Positions 34,670 through 48,291 of a DNA stretch of 64,000 bases are shown piece after piece. The stretch covers positions 9,548,001 to 9,612,000 of the forward strand of contig CM022671.1 of the NCBI GenBank assembly GCA_012295275.1, in the 5' to 3' direction. The position numbers and the translations under genes were made by a program. The stretch's first letter is position 1; each line of letters begins with the position of its first letter. The stretch is from Chrysomallon squamiferum (Eukaryota; Animalia; Mollusca). The notes below the pieces were generated by a model. It did no database searches. It saw only the letters and a list, made by a program, of their open reading frames with translations, and was not told where the DNA came from.

Positions 34670-35140
34670 TTATAATTTTCTGTCCTAGGAATTCAGAATA
34701 TCTTTTCATTGTTTGAAAGAGCTGAAAGGTACAGTGAATAACCTATTTCTGAGAGGATTTTCATATTTGTGTAACCTGCTAGTTTCCATAGAAACATTCT
34801 TCAGATTTTAACTTGCTGTCCTGTGAATTCAAAATAACTGCCCGGAACTGTTTGCCTAGAACTGGATGTTAATGGGAATAACTTTCACTTATATTAATTA
34901 CAGATAATTCTTCTATATTCTACAGAATCAATCTTTTGTTTACCTAGTTATCCTGGGAATTCTCTGTGCTATTTGTCCATAACTGTATGTTAATAGAATA
35001 TGTCTCAGCTTCATCCATTATAGGTTATTCTTGAATATTTGTATCACCTTGATTTTTCACATAAAACTTCTTCTGTTATTAACTTACTGTCCTGGGAATT
35101 CAGAGTAACTGCCTTATGTTGTTTGCCTAGAACAGAAAGT
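34670..35140 (+). repeat. ~135-bp diverged tandem repeat with core CTGTCCTGGGAATTCAGAATAACTGCC (4 copies); related copies at ~36228 (+), 37655-37710 (-) and 53830-54240 (-)
   Basis: Core at ~34680, 34816, 34948 and 35087; reverse-complement CTGAATTCCCAGGACAGCAAG at ~54076, with variants at ~53877 and 54219. Confidence 0.8.
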
Positions 35141-35549
35141 TAATTTTTGTGAGGCTTTTGTTTTTTTTTTCACCATGCAATCCTTAAAAAAGGTGCCCCA
35201 TTTATTTATAAGCCTACCTATATACACTTATCCAGGTCTCTTTGAACAATAAGATTACATATGTACACTATAAATTGTGTTGTGCATCTAATGTGTAAAA
35301 AAAATGTATTAAAAATGTATTAATATTACTGGTGTGAGAGACTGGTTTCCTTGATTCATTAAACATGTTATTACTTTTGCTTTATTAATGCAATGAAACA
35401 AATAACTATAATGTTTAAATTATTTTTTAAATTTTCTATTTAAAATTAAAAAAAAGTAAAAAAGAAAAATGTTTTCTTTATATGGTTGTTATTAGTTTAT
35501 TGAAAAATATTTTACACAATATTAGTTTGTTGTTTGTTTTTTTTTTGTT

Positions 35550-35594
<45 letters not shown>

Positions 35595-35829
35595 TTCTAT
35601 TTTTATGATAATACTTTTTATTAGGAAGACCAGGCCTGGTTTTCTACATTTTACATTTTTGGACACTGGTATAGACCTAAGAATAGAAATATATGCAACA
35701 GAGTGAAAAGGATGGATAGTTTAACATCGCAAAGTGAGGCTAAAGATACAGAAAGTAAATGACTAAACCTACATCAGGTAGGCCCATTAAATAAACAATT
35801 AGCTCTTATAATCTGTAGTGAATTTCAAT

Positions 35830-36230
35830 GCAATGACTTCCTCAAAACACCAGTAATTTAGAAATTTTTCTGGAAGGCCAAATAGTTTTTATTACTTTAC
35901 CCCTGAGAAAAATTCCTCAATTCAATGCATTATTGGTGACTCGATGCTTTATTCAAAAAATAACTTTGCAGGGATTCAGTTTAAAAGCATAACCAAAAAG
36001 TGTTTTAAAAATATATTCAACATTCTTAATGAAATGTTTAGTTTTTGGACAACGGAAAAATGCATGCAAGACTAAGTCCACTTCGCTACATGCAAGACAT
36101 AATGGAGAGGGCACAATCCTCCAATCATACAGGTTTTCTCTCACTGCAACTGTATAATGAAATAATTCAAAATTGTATCGAAATCAGTTTTATCAATATA
36201 TCCAGAATTTTCCAAATTTCCTTTTGTCTG
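35830..36230 (-). mobile_element. L1/Tx1-clade LINE ORF2 C-terminal zinc-knuckle fragment
   Basis: ORF 35953..36144 RENLYDWRIVPSPLCLACSEVDLVLHAFFRCPKTKHF has the C-x2-C-x7-H-x4-C pattern typical of L1/Tx1 ORF2. Confidence 0.7.
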
Positions 36231-36498
36231 TCCTGGTAATTCAGAATATCTTCTCTGAGTTGATTGCCAGAACTGAAATCTATTCTGTGTAAATTTAATT
36301 TCTGTGTTTTTTTTTTTTTTTTTTCATATTTCTGTAACCTTCTAATTTCCATAGAAACATTACACTGTTATAACTGAAATTCTTTTGAATCATTTTCATT
36401 TTTGTTCTTGAAAAGTCTCTTTCATGGAAAAAATTAATCAAATATGGAAATTTATGGAAAATGCCTCATCTGTTTTTTCATGATATTATTATTATCAT

Positions 36499-36545
<47 letters not shown>

Positions 36546-38019
36546 TTAAGTTAACTAAAAAATAATTTATGAAAAATGTAATTTTGTTTTCTTTAGGAAA
36601 TTCTTAATTACTAACTGTCAAAGTACTCAGGTTAACACACACACACACACACACACACAGAGTTTCTGTAGTAAGTAACACTTAACAGATCTATTGCAGT
36701 ATGAATAGCCAATGAAAAAACATGGTCATTATTAGTATAAATTTACACAAAAGAAAAAGAAAAAGTAATACAGCTATAAACAATAATAATAATAATAAAA
36801 GAAGACTTCCTCCACTTATAAAAGTCTTCTTCTTTTTTTTATCCCATTTTACTACTATTATTATTATACTATTGTAAACACTTTAATTTTATTTTATAAT
36901 GTTTTGTTTTTTAGTTTTTTTTCTTCTTTAATTTGTTACAAATTGTAAAACTTTGTGCTATCAATTTAGAGTAAAGAAGCCAGGTACAATTTATCAGCCA
37001 TAATATTCATATTTTTCTTGTATTTATAAAAATAACAAAATTCTTGTAATTATTTTAATGACTTATCTTCTCACAGTTAATAAATCAAACTTAATTCACT
37101 TGTTTAAATCAATGTCACTAAAAACATTGGTTGCTGTACACAGTCATGTATTCCATTGTGGCCAGCCAGACTTTAATGGAATGTCATCTGTCACTGGCAT
37201 AGATCAGAAGTAACCGTGAAAAAACTACTTCAACACTTCACTGACTGATGTAGGTCAGAAAGTGTTACCATGACAATCATAATTCAACTCTCTACTGTGA
37301 CAGTTACACTATCTGACATTGGTTAGAAAATGTGCTCATGACAGGCAAGTTTAATTATTTTGCTATTGCATAGTTAATGAAAATTTGTATGTTATAGGTT
37401 TGTTTATTATTGTCTTAAGAATTGTTAGTTGAAGACTTTTTTGTTATTTTCCCTTAAATTCTTTAGAATTTAAAGTATGTTAAGCAGATTTATGTATTAT
37501 TACTTTTTAATTACTTAATTAAAGATTGATTCATCAAACAAGTTAAAATTAGAAGAATGCATCTGAGGAATCTCAGGGTTTTATAACCCATGACTGACAG
37601 AACTGAGAATTACTCCCATTAACTTTCAGTTATAAGCAAACAGCCCATGACAGTTATTCTGAATATTTCAGCAAACATATTCTGAATTCCCTTAACAGCA
37701 ATTACAACAGAAGAATATTTCTGTGAACGATAAACTGCAAAGAATTATTGAGTAATTATAGTGATGACATTTCATATTTAACTTATATTCTGAGCTAACA
37801 AAATGGACAGCAAATTACACTAATGTTTCTGTAAAATTTAAAACCAGAACTTTCAGACAGAGCCAACAGAAACCTACATGTATATTTACAGTAGTTATAG
37901 AGAGATTTGTTAAAAACAGTTTCACTTGTATATTTAATTCTGAAGCCAGCAAGTTACTGTAAGAAGATTTCTATTAAGTCAAAAGCTGTTGGTTGACAAT
38001 AGAGTGGTTCCAGTTAGGC

Positions 38020-38310
38020 CAGGGGTTTTCAAACTGTGGTCCGTGGACCACAAGGGGTCCGCAAGTACAAGACAGGGGGTCCGTGGACAGCGAATACTTT
38101 TTATGGGCAGTTTGATTTTATATATTTTTTTTAATCGAAATCTTTTTTCTTATATTTGTAAATGTGAGCGCATGAAATAACAGGTAAATAATTTTGTATT
38201 ATATCCTAATATATCCTAAATAAATGTAAAAATATATGTTATTTTAAGCAAATATTTATTATAAATTTCATAAGCGTTTATAAGGGGGTCCCTAAGGTAA
38301 AGCCTGAAAT
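38020..38310 (+). mobile_element. hAT-like MITE, one end recognisable
   Basis: Starts CAGGGGTTTTCAAACTGTGGTCCGTGGACCAC with repeated GGGGTCC subterminal motifs (38055, 38076, 38285); no matching right TIR seen. Confidence 0.6.
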
Positions 38311-38339
38311 ATAGGCAACTCATTTCCACAATGCTGTTC

Positions 38340-38716
38340 AGAGAACATTATTTACAGGGATAGTCTTGAAACAGATGTATGTGTGAATTAATTGATGGGA
38401 ATGACCCATATTGCCTGAAAGAATGGTAAGAAAATGTATACATTTTCCCAGCAATAACACATGTGGACATTGTTAACTATCTTGTTTTTTCACTAAGTAC
38501 TTATACTGCTGATGATCTGAAATCATACCAGTTTGTGTGTGGATAGGTTACTGAGACAGCTGCCATAGAATTTCAAGACAAAATTTTAGTCACTTCATGA
38601 TTGTGATTGTACATCATCACAATCATGTAACTCATGCTTAATTATGTGGGATTAAGTGGGAGCAGTAGTCTGATAATTTCCAAATGAATGCTGTTTTAAA
38701 TATAGATATGTGTTTG

Positions 38717-38749
<33 letters not shown>

Positions 38750-39640
38750 AACACACACACCTACAAATATACAGATATACAGATATATATTCATACATAC
38801 ATATACATACATACATACATACATATATATAAATATGTATGCATACACATCCACACACACACACACACTGAGGACAAATTTATCACATTTACATTAAAAT
38901 GTTGTTACTAATAAAATTTTCACAAATCAAGGACTGAACAAGGAATTAAAAAGGGGGCTGTAATGTTACCCAGTGAACTCACCACTACAGATAACTAAAC
39001 TTCAGTATATTGAAAGTATTAATTTAAAAAAAAAAAAAAAATTGACCTTATTTGTATATTTCAGGTACTTCATTCCCAAAGGTTATGGGAAAAGCCTCTG
39101 AGACCATGGCTTATTGCAAGCAAGGGTGGTATGGTGAAGGAAGCTCAATCCAAGTGTATGGTAAGGCTTGGAGAACCCTTTTTGCATATTGCTGCTCTGC
39201 TTTTCAGCTTAGAGGCCACTGTGTGAATTTGAGATTCCAAAACAGTTACTGAAAGTCTGGCTTATTGGATGTTTCCTGCAGCCATTAAGAGTGTGTCTCC
39301 ATGGAACTAAGAGATATGGACTTCACATCAGCTAAAGGTTTAAAAAGGAAATTAGATGACAGAAATTATGACTCAAATAATACAACCATCTCCACTTACA
39401 TCCAAACTGACACTACCATCTCAATGTCAGCTGGACACTCTTTTCAGAAACTTACATTTGACAGGTACAAAGCCACTTCTGTTAGCCACCATCAATCCAT
39501 ACACCAATTCTTATATTCCTAAATCTGTCACAACAGCCTTTTCTTTATTTCTTAGTGACTTGAGAGATGACAATTGCATTGCTTTGGACTATCCTGATTT
39601 ACCAAATAAATGTAATGAAGTATTAGACATGTCCCTAGAT
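38340..39640 (+). pseudogene. Intron-containing remnant of a SWIM-zinc-finger/YqaJ-type accessory gene as carried by ISL2EU (Harbinger-related) transposons
   Basis: Pieces LIDGNDPYCLKEW|gtaag; YTADDLKSY..QFVCG*VTE; ttcag|VLHSQRLWEKPLRPWLIASKGGMVKEAQSKCMVRLGEPFLHIAALLFSLEA (decayed AHCxCMAGLGExCxH SWIM); TVTESLAYWMFP; DMDFTSAKGLKRKLD. The YqaJ domain itself is not seen. Confidence 0.7.
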
Positions 39641-39649
39641 AAGAAGTTC

Positions 39650-40650
39650 CTTCTTCAAAAGAATGAAAATGGTGATCCATGCATATTATTACCAAGTGCA
39701 AAGCTTTTGGGGATTATTCTTACAAGAAAGCCTGATGGTAGTTATATCAATACAAACAATGCATGAACGAAAAATGAATGTCATTTTAGAATAATCTTTG
39801 CAAGAAAAGAAGAAATAATAGATGTAAATGTGCTTTTCTTTTATTGCACATTTTTGATGACCAAATCTAATGTTATACTCATGTTTTATCATTTCAAGGG
39901 GACCATGTAAACACTAACATCTATTATCAAGAAGTATGGCATTTCTTTATGGAATTTTATCCCAGTTGGATGACTTTTCTTCACTAGGAGTGCAACCCTG
40001 CCTCATGATCACTGGTTTACATTCAGACATGCATCTGAATTTCAACCCAGTGAAGCAATTCCAGTTTCTCTCAACATAACATTACGACAGTTCAGAATTT
40101 ACAAGACTGTGGCGAGGACTCTGACATGGACACTTCTACCTCAGTTATCACTACAGATGTTGCTCCCTCAACAATCCCATTAAGTTCCCTCCACTTGCAG
40201 CTTGATCACTGCCTCATCTCTCAGCATCAAAATGGTGATAATGGTCTTCTTGGTGATGGAGACATTTTGATCAACGAATTGAGAAATGTATTTGATACTG
40301 TTGAAAAATTGTATCTTGCTGACAAGGACTACTTAGGTAAACCTTTAAGAACATTTATAAAACAGACAAATTCTTTGAAAACAAACTTGGCTCTAGAATC
40401 TGCATTACTGTGGAGTGGGTAATCACGGATAAAAGAAAAAAAATGTTTGGTGAGATGCAAGACCACTAAGGTCCAACCAACAACACTAGCTAAACATAAG
40501 ATGATTGGTGGGGGAAAAATCATGTTGAGAGTGGTATAGGAGGTAGTGGCGAGAAAGGTTTGAAAAAGATACCTTTCTCATCCCAAGTAATGCCAAGGAG
40601 AACAATGTGCCATTGTTTGTCTAGATGTGTGGAAAGAAATGAAACAGAGA
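39650..40650 (+). pseudogene. C-terminal remnant of a probable Mutator-like (SWIM-containing) transposase
   Basis: GPCKH*...IIKKYGISLWNFIPV (SWIM CKH), then LRNVFDTVEKLY...LESAL, KVQPTTLAKHKMIGGGK and HCLSRCVERN, resembling MULE-type C-termini; many stops. Confidence 0.5.
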
Positions 40651-41647
40651 AGATACACTCTGCATGTACCTTGTTCATGTTGCTAGAGATGACAGTGAAT
40701 ATGCCTTGCTTGCTCTGCAAAGTAATCTGGTACCTTCTTTGGTTGAGATCATGGCCTTATTCAAATACCCATAACCACCTCTGAAACAGTAGTTATACTT
40801 TACACATCAATAATACAATGTAAATAAATTAATCATTCTGAAGTTTTATCTTTGTATTGTTTTAGCCTTTGATGCCTTTCTCCCCATAAAAACATTCCAT
40901 TTCTAATAATTTGTCCAGGTTTGGGAATCTTTTATTCAGTTACCATATGGTGTTTATTGATTGTGTTCCTTAGAGTGTAATGTCAGTACCATTTGCCTAA
41001 ACCCTCAACAAAAATTATTTTTAATACAGAAAACAAGAAAATTAAACAGATAAATTTGGATTATGATTCAGAGGTCTTGAATAATTTGCCTAAAACACAA
41101 TAGGTGCCCTTTACTAAAAATGCAGGATACCATGTTGAAAAGGATAAATAAGAAAATGGCACAGAATTCAACAACATCTGTAAGAGACTAAAACTATCAT
41201 TATTGGTCAGTTTATGAAAAATAATTATCAATAATAAAAATAAATTAATAATGAAAAAATATAAACAATAAAAATGAAATAATGAAAAAAATTATGCACA
41301 ACATAAATAAAATGAAATATAATATAATATAAATAAATAAATGAAATGAAATGAAATGAAGTGAAAAAATTAAGAAAAATAAATAAATAAATTTAATAAA
41401 TAAATAAATAAATAATTATATAATTTAATTTTACAGAGATATTAGAAACAGGAAATAAGACTCCCAACTGATCATACATTACTCCTGTATGGTGAATGCT
41501 AAAATACTGTTAGCAGTAAACCTCCAGTGACTTTTACTTTCATCATCATACAAGATAAAATGGAATTTTAAATAATTTCATTCCTCAAGCCTGTTGCTTT
41601 TACAAACACTTGAATAATTATGCATATAATCCTAAAGCTCTCTCTCC

Positions 41648-41687
<40 letters not shown>

Positions 41688-42993
41688 TCTTAAAATTATT
41701 TTTGTAAGTGTTAATTTTATTTTGATGATTCAAAAATCAAATTAGTTTAATTAAACTGTTTTCTTTATTATAGCCAAAACAAAAGTTAAAACTGCACAAG
41801 TTTGTATAAGCAGTATGTCTAACTATTGAAGTAACTATATTTTGTTATAATTGAAAATAAATCTGAACATAAAACTCCCTTTCTTCTTTTTTTTATAACT
41901 ATTTTATCTTTTTTTCATTATTTTTTTATGTGTTTATTTTTAAATTATGGTTAAATGTTATTTGTGTGGGAGGTTTATGTGGTAAAAATACTACAGGCAA
42001 TAACAAATGTCTTGATGATGGTACAATATGATTTAGCTGAACAAGATAAATATTTTCAAACAGGGTCTAAATGATCAATGTTAACTAGCAATGTTACAAT
42101 TACACACATTTTGCTGTCTCTGCTTTTCTGGTGATCACTGATAACGTCATTCTCCAGTAGCAGTGGACAGGGAGAGGACCATCAGAAAATGGCCTGCTAA
42201 CAGCTTATAAATAAATTTCAAAAAAATGTCGTTCTTGATGATGTTCTGCACACATTTCTATCCATCCTCGTTTTCAAAAATCTAATTTCTATTAGCCACA
42301 AGCATCTCCAATATTCTTATGAAAAAAGTTTAAAATTTGCCTTACAAAGCCATCTAAGTAGGCTGAGCAGCTGAGCAGGTGAGCAATTTTTTTAAAAACG
42401 CATGCCAAATTTCATGGAAATATATAATTGTGACATTGTTCAATTGTGATTGATGTTGAACGCAATTCTTTGTTATGATAATGGACATTGCTGCTTGAGT
42501 GAATGAGGACACATGAAACCAAATGCTTCTTTCCGATTGGTGTTGAGCGTTTGTCTGCATTATTTATAAACTGCATGAATGCTTGTGTTTATACTCTAAT
42601 TCTGTTCTCAGCAATTTTTCAATTTCTTTTTTATGTTTCCTTTGGCTTCAACTAAATAAAACATTGTTTACACTTCTCTTTAAACATTTTTAAGGAGATG
42701 TAGGCATTTTTGTCAGGTTTTTTTTAACTCTGGATCACAGTATGTGGCAATGGACATAATAAAACGATAGAAAATAATTGGTACATTTTCCAGCATATGA
42801 AATTGCCACATCTGCTTCAATTTTCAAGCTATTTAAAAATATGGGTCTCGTTTTGTTTGTTTCTTAAGGCTCTATCCAATGAAATAGGACATTTTCTGGT
42901 ACCTTAGAGCAGAATTTCTTTTGTAACATAAATATGTTAGCTATTTGAGGCACAGATCAGAAATAAGTCTTAGTGATTGATATAAAGTTTTAA

Positions 42994-43868
42994 CCCTTTG
43001 AACCTGCCAGGCTGGTTTTCTGGCCTCCGTGAGTTTGTTTACACCTAGCAACTATTCAACCAATCAGAGACTGTTTTCCAATCATTTCTGCTCATATACT
43101 CAGTCATACTTCTGGCAAGAAGCTTCGAGCATTTTTTGAACCCACCACGCCGGTTTTTTGGCCTGAACGCATAGTATATATACCCACTTGACCGCTTTAC
43201 CGGCCTCCGTGTGGCGGCACTGATAAAAATGACCAACTTACCAAGCTGCATCAGAACAGACATCATTAGAAATGGCCATGTCACCTTATTATGAAGTTTT
43301 TTATGTGACTGCATATAATGCATAAGTAATCATGGGGCATTATAAGCTGCATAATCTACAGGGGAAGGAATATTTACATTCCATGCATTTGTTGAAAAAC
43401 TCTGCCAAGAACTTGTAGGCAATTATCGCCATTTATTACTGGTGAAAGTGCAACAGTACAGACAAATGCCTCCAAGATTATGGACCTCGTGAGGTGAAAA
43501 GAGCCCCCTGCAATAGGTGTGTAGTGTGTCTGGAAAAGCACAACAGGGCCAGAAAACAAAATCGTAGTGCTGCATATAAGGACCTTCAGAAAAGTCAAAA
43601 ACAGTTTACTGGTGGAAGTATTGTAAAGCTTTCTTGTGCACTGGGGTACCACAGCAAAATTGCTGGCATGACTGGCACAGAAAAGTTGTTTTGGAGGTAG
43701 AAGTGAAAAATGCAATAAACAACATGGAATAGATATTGTATTTGTTTATTTATCATAAATGACAACAAAGTACTGGCATGAGAATGCAAATAACTCATAA
43801 CTGATTTTTGGCAAATTTTCACTGGGAGCTCAGGGTGAAGATCCTATGTGGTCATAGGGTTCAAAGGG
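42994..43868 (+). mobile_element. piggyBac-family internally deleted element (~875 bp)
   Basis: TTAA|CCCTTTGAACC at left and GGTTCAAAGGG|TTAA at right (11-bp perfect TIR, TTAA TSD); internal Cys-rich remnant KRAPCNRCVVCLEKHNR resembles the piggyBac C-terminal Cys-rich domain. Confidence 0.85.
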
Positions 43869-44592
43869 TTAAGCAAATATGCTGAAATGTTTGACCCTCC
43901 TAAGTGTTCTAACAATTACAAATCCCATGAAAAGTTAATTTTGATAATTATACAAAATCAACTTAACCTCTCCAATCCTGAAATGGGTTATCATCATCTA
44001 ACAGCAAAAATTTAACCATGGTAAAAAAAAATAAAAAAAAAAAAATAATAATAGCCTTACACTAAACAGATAAAAATCTTATAAACTCAGTTTTAGCAGC
44101 AAATACTATAATTGATAAAACATCAGAATTGTTACAGTAAAAACATTCCTCAACATTTATGTCAGCCACATAAAATAAGTATGATAATTAAATGAAAAGA
44201 ACTGGTTTGCCTCAACCCTATTTTCTAGGAAAAGGCTCTACAAAAAATATTTCACCTTGCAATAAAGGTTCCTGATCTTAAATGTTTTATGGTCAAACGA
44301 CTAATTAGTCCAGTGGCGATCATCCAGTACTTATTTCTTTATGTAAGTATATGTTTGAATTTATTTGAATGTGTTTGTTTATTATAACTGTAATGGGATC
44401 TGTTGAGATATTTCATTGTGATTAAAACAGCAAAAAACACAACCTTTGATTTATGTTGAACTGAGTAGATATATTATGTGCAAGACAAAATGTGATTTTA
44501 ATAAAGTCCAAACAAAAAAGAGAATTAACATTGATTTACAGATGGAATTCATTGGTAATGTTTCAAATGTACATTAACTGACAGTCTTCCAT

Positions 44593-44625
<33 letters not shown>

Positions 44626-44814
44626 GTGCAGTTTATTACTGGTGAAAATTATTAGCTTAAAATATTACTTAGATCTGAAAAAGATACCAAGTAGTTAAGC
44701 ATTCACAGAAGCTACTTTTAAATTTGGATAATGTTTTAATTTAATTTTCTGAGTATCTCTTTTCAAACATACTGTCAGTTTGGATTTATTAAATACCCTG
44801 TCCTTTCAATTAAC

Positions 44815-44816
<2 letters not shown>

Positions 44817-44874
<58 letters not shown>

Positions 44875-44892
44875 TGTGTGTGCATGTGTGTG
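44817..44892. repeat. (TG)n microsatellite
   Basis: Near-pure TG run. Confidence 0.95.
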
Positions 44893-46376
44893 TTTTAATT
44901 CATCGTTTTCTACTAGTTCCTGCTCAACTAAATCATTATAGGACATAATTACAACCATTTCCCTGGTCTATCAAAGAGTTCGTAAGTATTCAGAAAACCT
45001 TGGCCTCATAAATGTATTCATAGGTTCATTTGGAATACGTTGACCATGTACATCTTAATGCCTGAAGTTTTCTGCAATCAGATTATGTTGGAACATTTTC
45101 ATTCCTTATGGAATACAGTGAGTCTGCTATACCAAACACCCAATCATTATTGCAAATGATGTCAATAAAAACTGTCCATGCCTGTGCATGTGCCAGTGGT
45201 GAGGGGGGTTTGAATCAACTTAACTCTTGACAGGTAACCTGTTAGCACCTGTCTACATCCAAAGAATAAATCTGTATAAAAACTTTCCAGATGTTTGATT
45301 CGGTGGGTCCCTTGACAATATGTAATAATTTAATTGCAGTAGTTTTTAATAAAACTGAAATAAGCTGTGTTTCCTTCTTTTGTGTTGCAAAAAAATTAAA
45401 AATTAAAAAAATAAATAAATAAAAAATAACCAAAAGTTGTACAGCAAGCAGCCTAATAGGCCAATCAAAAAAAAAAAAATCTGAAGTGCGTACCCTGATG
45501 CGTGTTTTTTATCCTTTGAATTCTCATAATGGTTTTAACTCTCTGAAACAAAATAACTGTGGTAACACAGAAAATCTAATAGTGATATCAGAATAGCTTT
45601 TAAGAATAAGTGTTTGTATGAGTGTGTCTAGATTATATAAAAATCTTGTCCACCAAGAAAAGAACCCTTTACCTCAGTAAGAGGGAATTGCTGGAACTGG
45701 AAATAATAAGGACAGACCAATTAACTTCAGCCTGATACAAGAAAGGAAAACAATTGACAGCAGTGTATCATTACAGCATTCAGATACAACAGAATGATGT
45801 CACATAATGAACTAATTAAAATATAATTAATTAGCATCAGTATTCTCAAAGTAAAGTTAAGGATTTTCAGATTTAACAAAATGATACACAATGAAATTAT
45901 CTGTATCAAGACTTGACAAAGCACATAGAAAGAGGGATAGGCCAGACTTGGAGTAAAAACAAATAGCAATAATAATGACTGCCAACTAACTCTAGCCAAT
46001 TAACTCTAGCCTAAGAAAGATTAAGACAAACAACAAAAGGTCTCACAGAAAAAATACTGTCTTATACTGCAATTAGCCCATGAAGTTTCATGTTTCATGT
46101 TACATATTTTAAAAGTGGCTGAACAATGTTGAAGAAATTAAAAACCTACTTATAAACACTGAGAATCAGAATAAAGAAATCACTAGAAATGTACCATCAA
46201 GAAATTCAGTTTTGAAAGTGATCATTTGAATTCATCATTAAGCTAGATGAAAATAAAAATTCTTATTGATATAAATATACATTGAAAATGTATTGTTTAC
46301 TATTTGGTGAAAATAATGGCTTATTTGTGAAAAACTCTGACCTGATATGTATATTTATTTAGTATCACTATATATA

Positions 46377-47539
46377 TTGGGTTGAGGAATAAATCATTGC
46401 TGTTCATAATTGATTAAAATTTTGTTCCATTTCAGGGTATTAAAATGGCATATTGCTATTTGCATTGAATTGTGATGGGAAGAATGTGATAGCCACTAAA
46501 GCTGCTCGTGAGATTTGTTCTGTGTATGGAGAAGATGCTATGACAGAAAGGACAGCACAATGGTGGTTTACACATTTCAAAAATGGTAACTTCAACCTGA
46601 ATTTTCTGGTCACCCCATTACATTTGATGAAGAACAGATGAATCAACTTCTCCATGAAAATCTGCATCAATCAACCAGAGAACTGGCCGAACATTTGGTG
46701 TGTGATCAGAAGATGTGAATCACCTTCATTTGATGGGGAAAGTTCAAAAACTCAGCACAATGGTTCCACGTGCTTTAAGTGAAAACAACAAATTACTGCA
46801 TTCTGTGATTGCTGCCAGATTGCGTGCTCATCACAGGTTTACTGCTTCAAACAAAGACAGATTTCTTTATCGCATCATAACTGGAGTTGAAAAGTGGTGT
46901 GTTTACGTCAATGTGAACCGTCGAAAAGAATAGTTCAGCCCAAGAAAACAAACTACACTCGAGTAAAGCAGGGGTTTCATCCTCAAAAGACAATGTTGTG
47001 TTTATGGTGGGATTATGAAGGTATAAATCACTATGAGCTTCTGACGAATAACGAAGCAGTCAAAGCAGACCTCTATGTTCAACAAATGTATTGACTTAAC
47101 AAAGCGATTCATGAAAAGTGACCTCATCGACGTTATGGCATCCTTTTACAACATGATAATGCCTGACCTCACACTACCAATATGACAAAAGCTGCAATCC
47201 AAACTCTCAATTGGGAAGTCCTGCCAAATTCTCCATATTCTCCAGACTTGGCTCCATCAGACTTTCATCTTTTCCAATCGCTATACAACAGTTTGCATGG
47301 GGATTTCTTCAATACTGACATGGAATTAAAAACATGGTTAGACCAATTTTTTAACTCAAAACCTAGAGATTTTTATTGCTGAGGCATCAAAAAACTTGTT
47401 GACCATTGGGAAGAAGTGGTAAATAACAAAGGAGAATACATTATTGATTAAATTACATCTTGTTATCAGTTAAGCTTAAGTTTTCATCTATGTAATGATT
47501 AAATTTAATTTAACCGCAATGACTTATTCCTCAACCCAA
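46377..47539 (+). mobile_element. Near full-length mariner (Tc1/mariner, DD34D) element
   Basis: TA|TTGGGTTGAGGAATAAATCATTGC ... GCAATGACTTATTCCTCAACCCAA|TA (24-bp TIR, 1 mismatch, TA TSD). Confidence 0.97.
46430..47450 (+). pseudogene. Mariner transposase pseudogene
   Basis: Fragments AAREICSVYGEDAMTERTAQWWF (HTH), MVPRAL (WVPHEL-like), RIITGVEKW (TGDEKW with D>V), HDNA*PH and YSPDLAPSDFHLF; multiple stops and frameshifts. Confidence 0.95.
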
Positions 47540-48049
47540 TATATAAATATATATATTTCATTATGTAGTAATATTAAATTAAAGTATGGAAACTTTAATA
47601 ATAAAAAAATCAGCTCTATTATATAGTATCTTCACATTCGTTATGTATTAAATTTATATATATGTGTAAGCATGTGTGTGAATACATAATATATGGATAA
47701 CTGTGTATGCTCAATTAAATATGTGTGAATGTGTTTATTGTGGGGGTATATGAAAACAACAAGCAGTAAAGCAACTGTTTTTGTTTCTTCTTACTTGTTA
47801 CAAAAAACATTCTATGTATTGATCTGCGATTAGGTTATATGTATAGTTACACATTATTACTTCTCTATTTTACATAACTTAGAGGTAATGTCTTATCTTC
47901 CATTTATAACTGATCTTAAATCATATATTTCCAAATATTATCAAAAAATAAAATAAAATAAAATATATAATTAAAAAAGTTAAAAACAGAAAATTAATAA
48001 ACAGTTTAACTTGTTTTCTTTCTGGGTTGTGTTACATTTCAAAGATTGT

Positions 48050-48083
<34 letters not shown>

Positions 48084-48291
48084 GGAGAAACAGTAATATA
48101 CAAGACCAGTAATATTAATGAACAGAATTAAGGTGACACCAAATATGCATATAACCAAAATGACATGTGATCCTGCAGTCTCATAAAGTAGTAAACAAGA
48201 AATACAACTTATGCATCATAACTACAATATAACATTACTAACATATACAGCATAAATTACTCTCTAATGAAAAAAATACTGGTTCACTTAC

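Noticed and set aside
42130-42900. Possible decayed coding sequence on the minus strand (vague Polinton protease-like YFxSF)
   Set aside because: No convincing motif survives in any frame; I cannot support a call without a search.
44900-45330. Coding-like minus-strand stretch (HAQAWTVFIDIICNNDWVFGIADSLYSIRNE)
   Set aside because: It looks like a gene or TE relic, but I cannot assign a family, and it is interrupted by stops.
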